The notes beneath the pieces were generated by a model. That model was not told where the DNA came from and did no database searches. It was given only the letters and a program-made list of their open reading frames with translations. Shown here piece after piece: positions 60,861 to 64,000 of a stretch of DNA of 64,000 nucleotides. The DNA lies in contig NC_092678.1 of assembly GCF_964355755.1 (NCBI RefSeq), forward strand, positions 25,375,365 through 25,439,364, given 5' to 3'. The translations under genes and the position numbers were made by a program. Source of the DNA: Antedon mediterranea. Lineage: Eukaryota > Animalia > Echinodermata. Position 1 is the first letter of the stretch; the number at the start of each line of letters is the position of its first letter.

Positions 60861-61019
60861 AAAACGTGAGGAGGCCTCAAACTGAGACGCATTCCAAACC
60901 TGAAACGTGAGGAGGCCTCAACTGAGACGTATTCCAAACTTAAAACGTGAGGAGGCCTTAAACTGAGACACATTTCAAACTTAAAACGTGAGGAGGCCTC
61001 AAACTGAGACACATTCCAA
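60861..61019. repeat. ~41-bp tandem array, 4 copies, 12 bp after the TBC1D30 stop
   Basis: AAACGTGAGGAGGCCTCAAACTGAGACRYATTCCAAACYT repeated. Confidence 0.9.
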
Positions 61020-62443
61020 GTCCGATCATAAAACCTTCTTGTAAAATATCAGAAAAATATATAATTTTTATCTGCATTCGAAAGTTAATTATATTTGAAT
61101 AGATTTAGATTATAAAAGCAATTACTGTATTTATTTTATGTGGGATAATATAAATTGTTAGTTGTTGGTCTTCTAATACATTACATACATAGGGATTATT
61201 AAGATAAATATTTATTTATGAAAGACTTTTAAACAAAAACTAATTACACTAATTAAATCATTTTAGATGTGTATGAATTTTTATTTTTTTTCATTTTTAT
61301 TACGTTTTATTCAAAAGCAATTTAAATTATTGAATTTATATTTTAATCTATTTAAGGTGTTAATTATGTGACTATTCCATAATCATTCCATTTTTGTGCA
61401 ATGAATTGAATGCTTGTTCCCTGGTAGTCCCAGATATTACCTCCAAGAAATATGGAATTATAGTCAAACCCCTCCTTTGGGACACGCCTATTAAAGGGAT
61501 ACTTTCTACGGGGCAATATATAAGATGTATAGTAAATCAGATCCACTGAATGATATTCACTGTAATACTTGGTTTCCACTAGAGATGCAAGAGAGTTGAC
61601 AAATCACAAGCGATGAATTATTCGAACTGTCGCTTGTGATTGGTCAACACACTTACATTGCGTCTCTATGTTGGAACCAAGCTTAAGGTAATATATTTTA
61701 TCCTAATTTAATGGTGACACTTAAAATAGAATTTGTGAACGCTTTTACTGAATCTAAATTAGTTTAGCAAGCAACATGCAGATATTTGATTGGATAACGC
61801 TTCATCTGGCCCTTTTTGGACCTCCATCATCACCTCATCATCTTGAATTATGTGTGCAAATAAGCGGGATAAAAAAAAAATTAAAATTGCATTGGTTGGT
61901 AATTTGTAACTGGTGGCTCATTTGCAACCCACTCCATTTGGTTGCATCCCTATCTAGGTCGCCTACATCTGGTTGCGGCTCCATCCAGGTCAGCTACATT
62001 ATCTACAACCAAAGGATCTGCTTTTCTCCAAATCACTTGACACAGGATCATCTGATTTGGATTTTGAAATTTATGACACGAACAAAGGAAGAAATCAGGA
62101 TTTTGTAGATTTAGATGAATTTGAATTTATTGGTATTAGGGATTAGTTAGATATCATACTGTGTGTCTGTGTAAGCCCACCCGGGGCTTATAACTGGGTC
62201 ATTAAGTAAATAACATAATAATACTGTAAATACAACAATATTATTTACTACTTGCACACTTAACCCACCTTCTTGGTTGTCCAATTTTGCTTGCTTTTCT
62301 TTTTTTTTTTTTTTTAAATTGATTTTATAATGAAAACATTTTAATTCAAGGTTAATTCAATTTGTAAAGTTTTTAATTTTTTATATAATTATTTTGAATT
62401 GGCAGTAAATTTGGGGGTATTTACAATTTTGCGTTTTTTTACA

Positions 62444-62534
62444 AACCAGTGGCCTGCTCTCTTATCTTCAGATAACCAGTGCCCTACTCTCTTATCTTCA
62501 GATAACCAGTACCCTACTCTCTTATCTTCAGATA
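62444..62534. repeat. 30-bp tandem array, 3 copies
   Basis: AACCAGTGCCCTACTCTCTTATCTTCAGAT repeated. Confidence 0.85.
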
Positions 62535-62879
62535 CTAATTTACATGTGTAAAGTATAAATGTGAAATATTAAATTATAAATATTAATTTATGAAAATTAG
62601 AAGAAGTAAAAATTGGTTTCATAATGAGAATCAATATTCATATGAATTCACTCTTTAAAACTAAATAATTGTTCTTTAGTGTGTGACAATATATTACTGT
62701 TTTGGTTCTTGTATGTTTTAATTGTAGAAGCTCTTTCTTTGAAAAATATGTAAACTGTAAGTTATTCATGAACAGTTTAGTTTATAGTTGTATGTCAGAT
62801 CCAGCAGTGGCACACTCTTGAGTGTGTAGTACTTAAGATTCATGTATACTTATTTTGTATTTACATTTAGATGCTATTA

Positions 62880-63053
62880 AGCGCTATCTACACTATCAAA
62901 CTAGTTTGACAAAAAAAGTTTGATGTGCCCAAATATGGTAGTGATATCATTATTATGCCCAAATATAGTAGTGATATGACATTATCATGTCCATATAATT
63001 ATGAGCACATCACATTTTTTTGTCACATCAAGTTTGATAGTGTAGACAAGGCC
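62880..63053. mobile_element. MITE family A
   Basis: Both TIRs, slightly diverged. Confidence 0.82.
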
Positions 63054-63821
63054 TTGATTTCCGACGACTTAACTACGTCATATTAATTTATTTTGCGCAT
63101 GTGCAAAAGTTATGACATGATTTCTTGCTTCCCACCTCAAAATAGTTTTGTAATTTCTAGGTCCAGGAGGACCTGATCTAACTCAGTCCTAGCAAATCTT
63201 AAGCTCTCCAGACAGATGGTATTATTCTCATAAGTCAAAGTCTTGTAGCCTTAAAGTACACATATTTAATGCAAGCCCTTGTCATTGAGTACTAACTTAA
63301 TGTTGGGGTATGCCACTGATGAGATCAGGGATGGTCACTATGAGGGCGCAGTAACATGTAGAATACACCCTAACACTTAAAATACTCTACTTAATACTCA
63401 CAAACAATTTTCACTAATCCCAATGCATGTTGCCAATTTTTTTTGTAACTATATTATCACTTAAAAGTGTTTATTAATTTAATAATACAGTAGTCATATA
63501 TACATGTATAAACCACTGGATTGCATACATGATGGGATTTTGATTTAACCTCCCCTCCCAACCCATGGTGCTACAGAATTAATTGTACACTCTTTTGTCA
63601 AGTTTCTTTTAATTTTTTTGGCTTTGTTTCAAAGCCGTTTCATGTGATATTAATAATTATTTGTACTTTTGTCTTTATTGTTTGTGCAATAGCATTTATT
63701 GAAGAAGACAAAGATTAAACCACAATATATAATTTAGTTATTTGTCATACTTTTTTAATAGGTGTCATTATTTTTATAAACATATATTCTAGTCAATAGC
63801 ATACTTATACAACTTGTTTAA

Positions 63822-63931
63822 AGCTCTGTCTACACTATCAAACAAATATGATGTGCCCATAAATGGACATGATAATGTCCATTTGGCAACATCACACTTT
63901 TTTGTCTAACTTTGATAGTGTAGACAGAGCT
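63822..63931. mobile_element. MITE family A
   Basis: Both TIRs present. Confidence 0.85.
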
Positions 63932-64000
63932 TTCCATTCCGGAATTATTTTGGATAACGTTTCCAATGTAATGGATGACAACAAACACTAATAATTTGCA

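Overview
AT-rich, intron-rich animal DNA, probably an invertebrate deuterostome (inferred from a Deu-domain SINE-like remnant and gene content). Five spliced genes were reconstructed by hand from GT-AG boundaries and frame continuity: the 3' part of LEMD3/MAN1 (+, to 16800); a 3-exon MADF-BESS gene (-, 22330-23511); peroxisomal acyl-CoA oxidase ACOX1 (+, 23892-35578, ends in SKL), head-to-head with the MADF-BESS gene; porcupine PORCN (+, 41056-46249); and TBC1D30 (+, ~47070-60849). There is also a candidate 100-aa single-pass membrane microprotein (-, 38857-39159). Introns hold more than 20 copies of one Harbinger-like MITE, other TIR elements, LINE/SINE remnants and about 20 tandem arrays. 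The most striking pattern: several tandem arrays are amplified copies of the host gene's own exon/intron junction (five donors, one acceptor, up to 58 copies). In every case the extra splice sites are unproductive because of an in-frame stop or frameshift. The long repetitive ORFs in the ORF track are by-products of these arrays. All family assignments are from recognition, not database searches.
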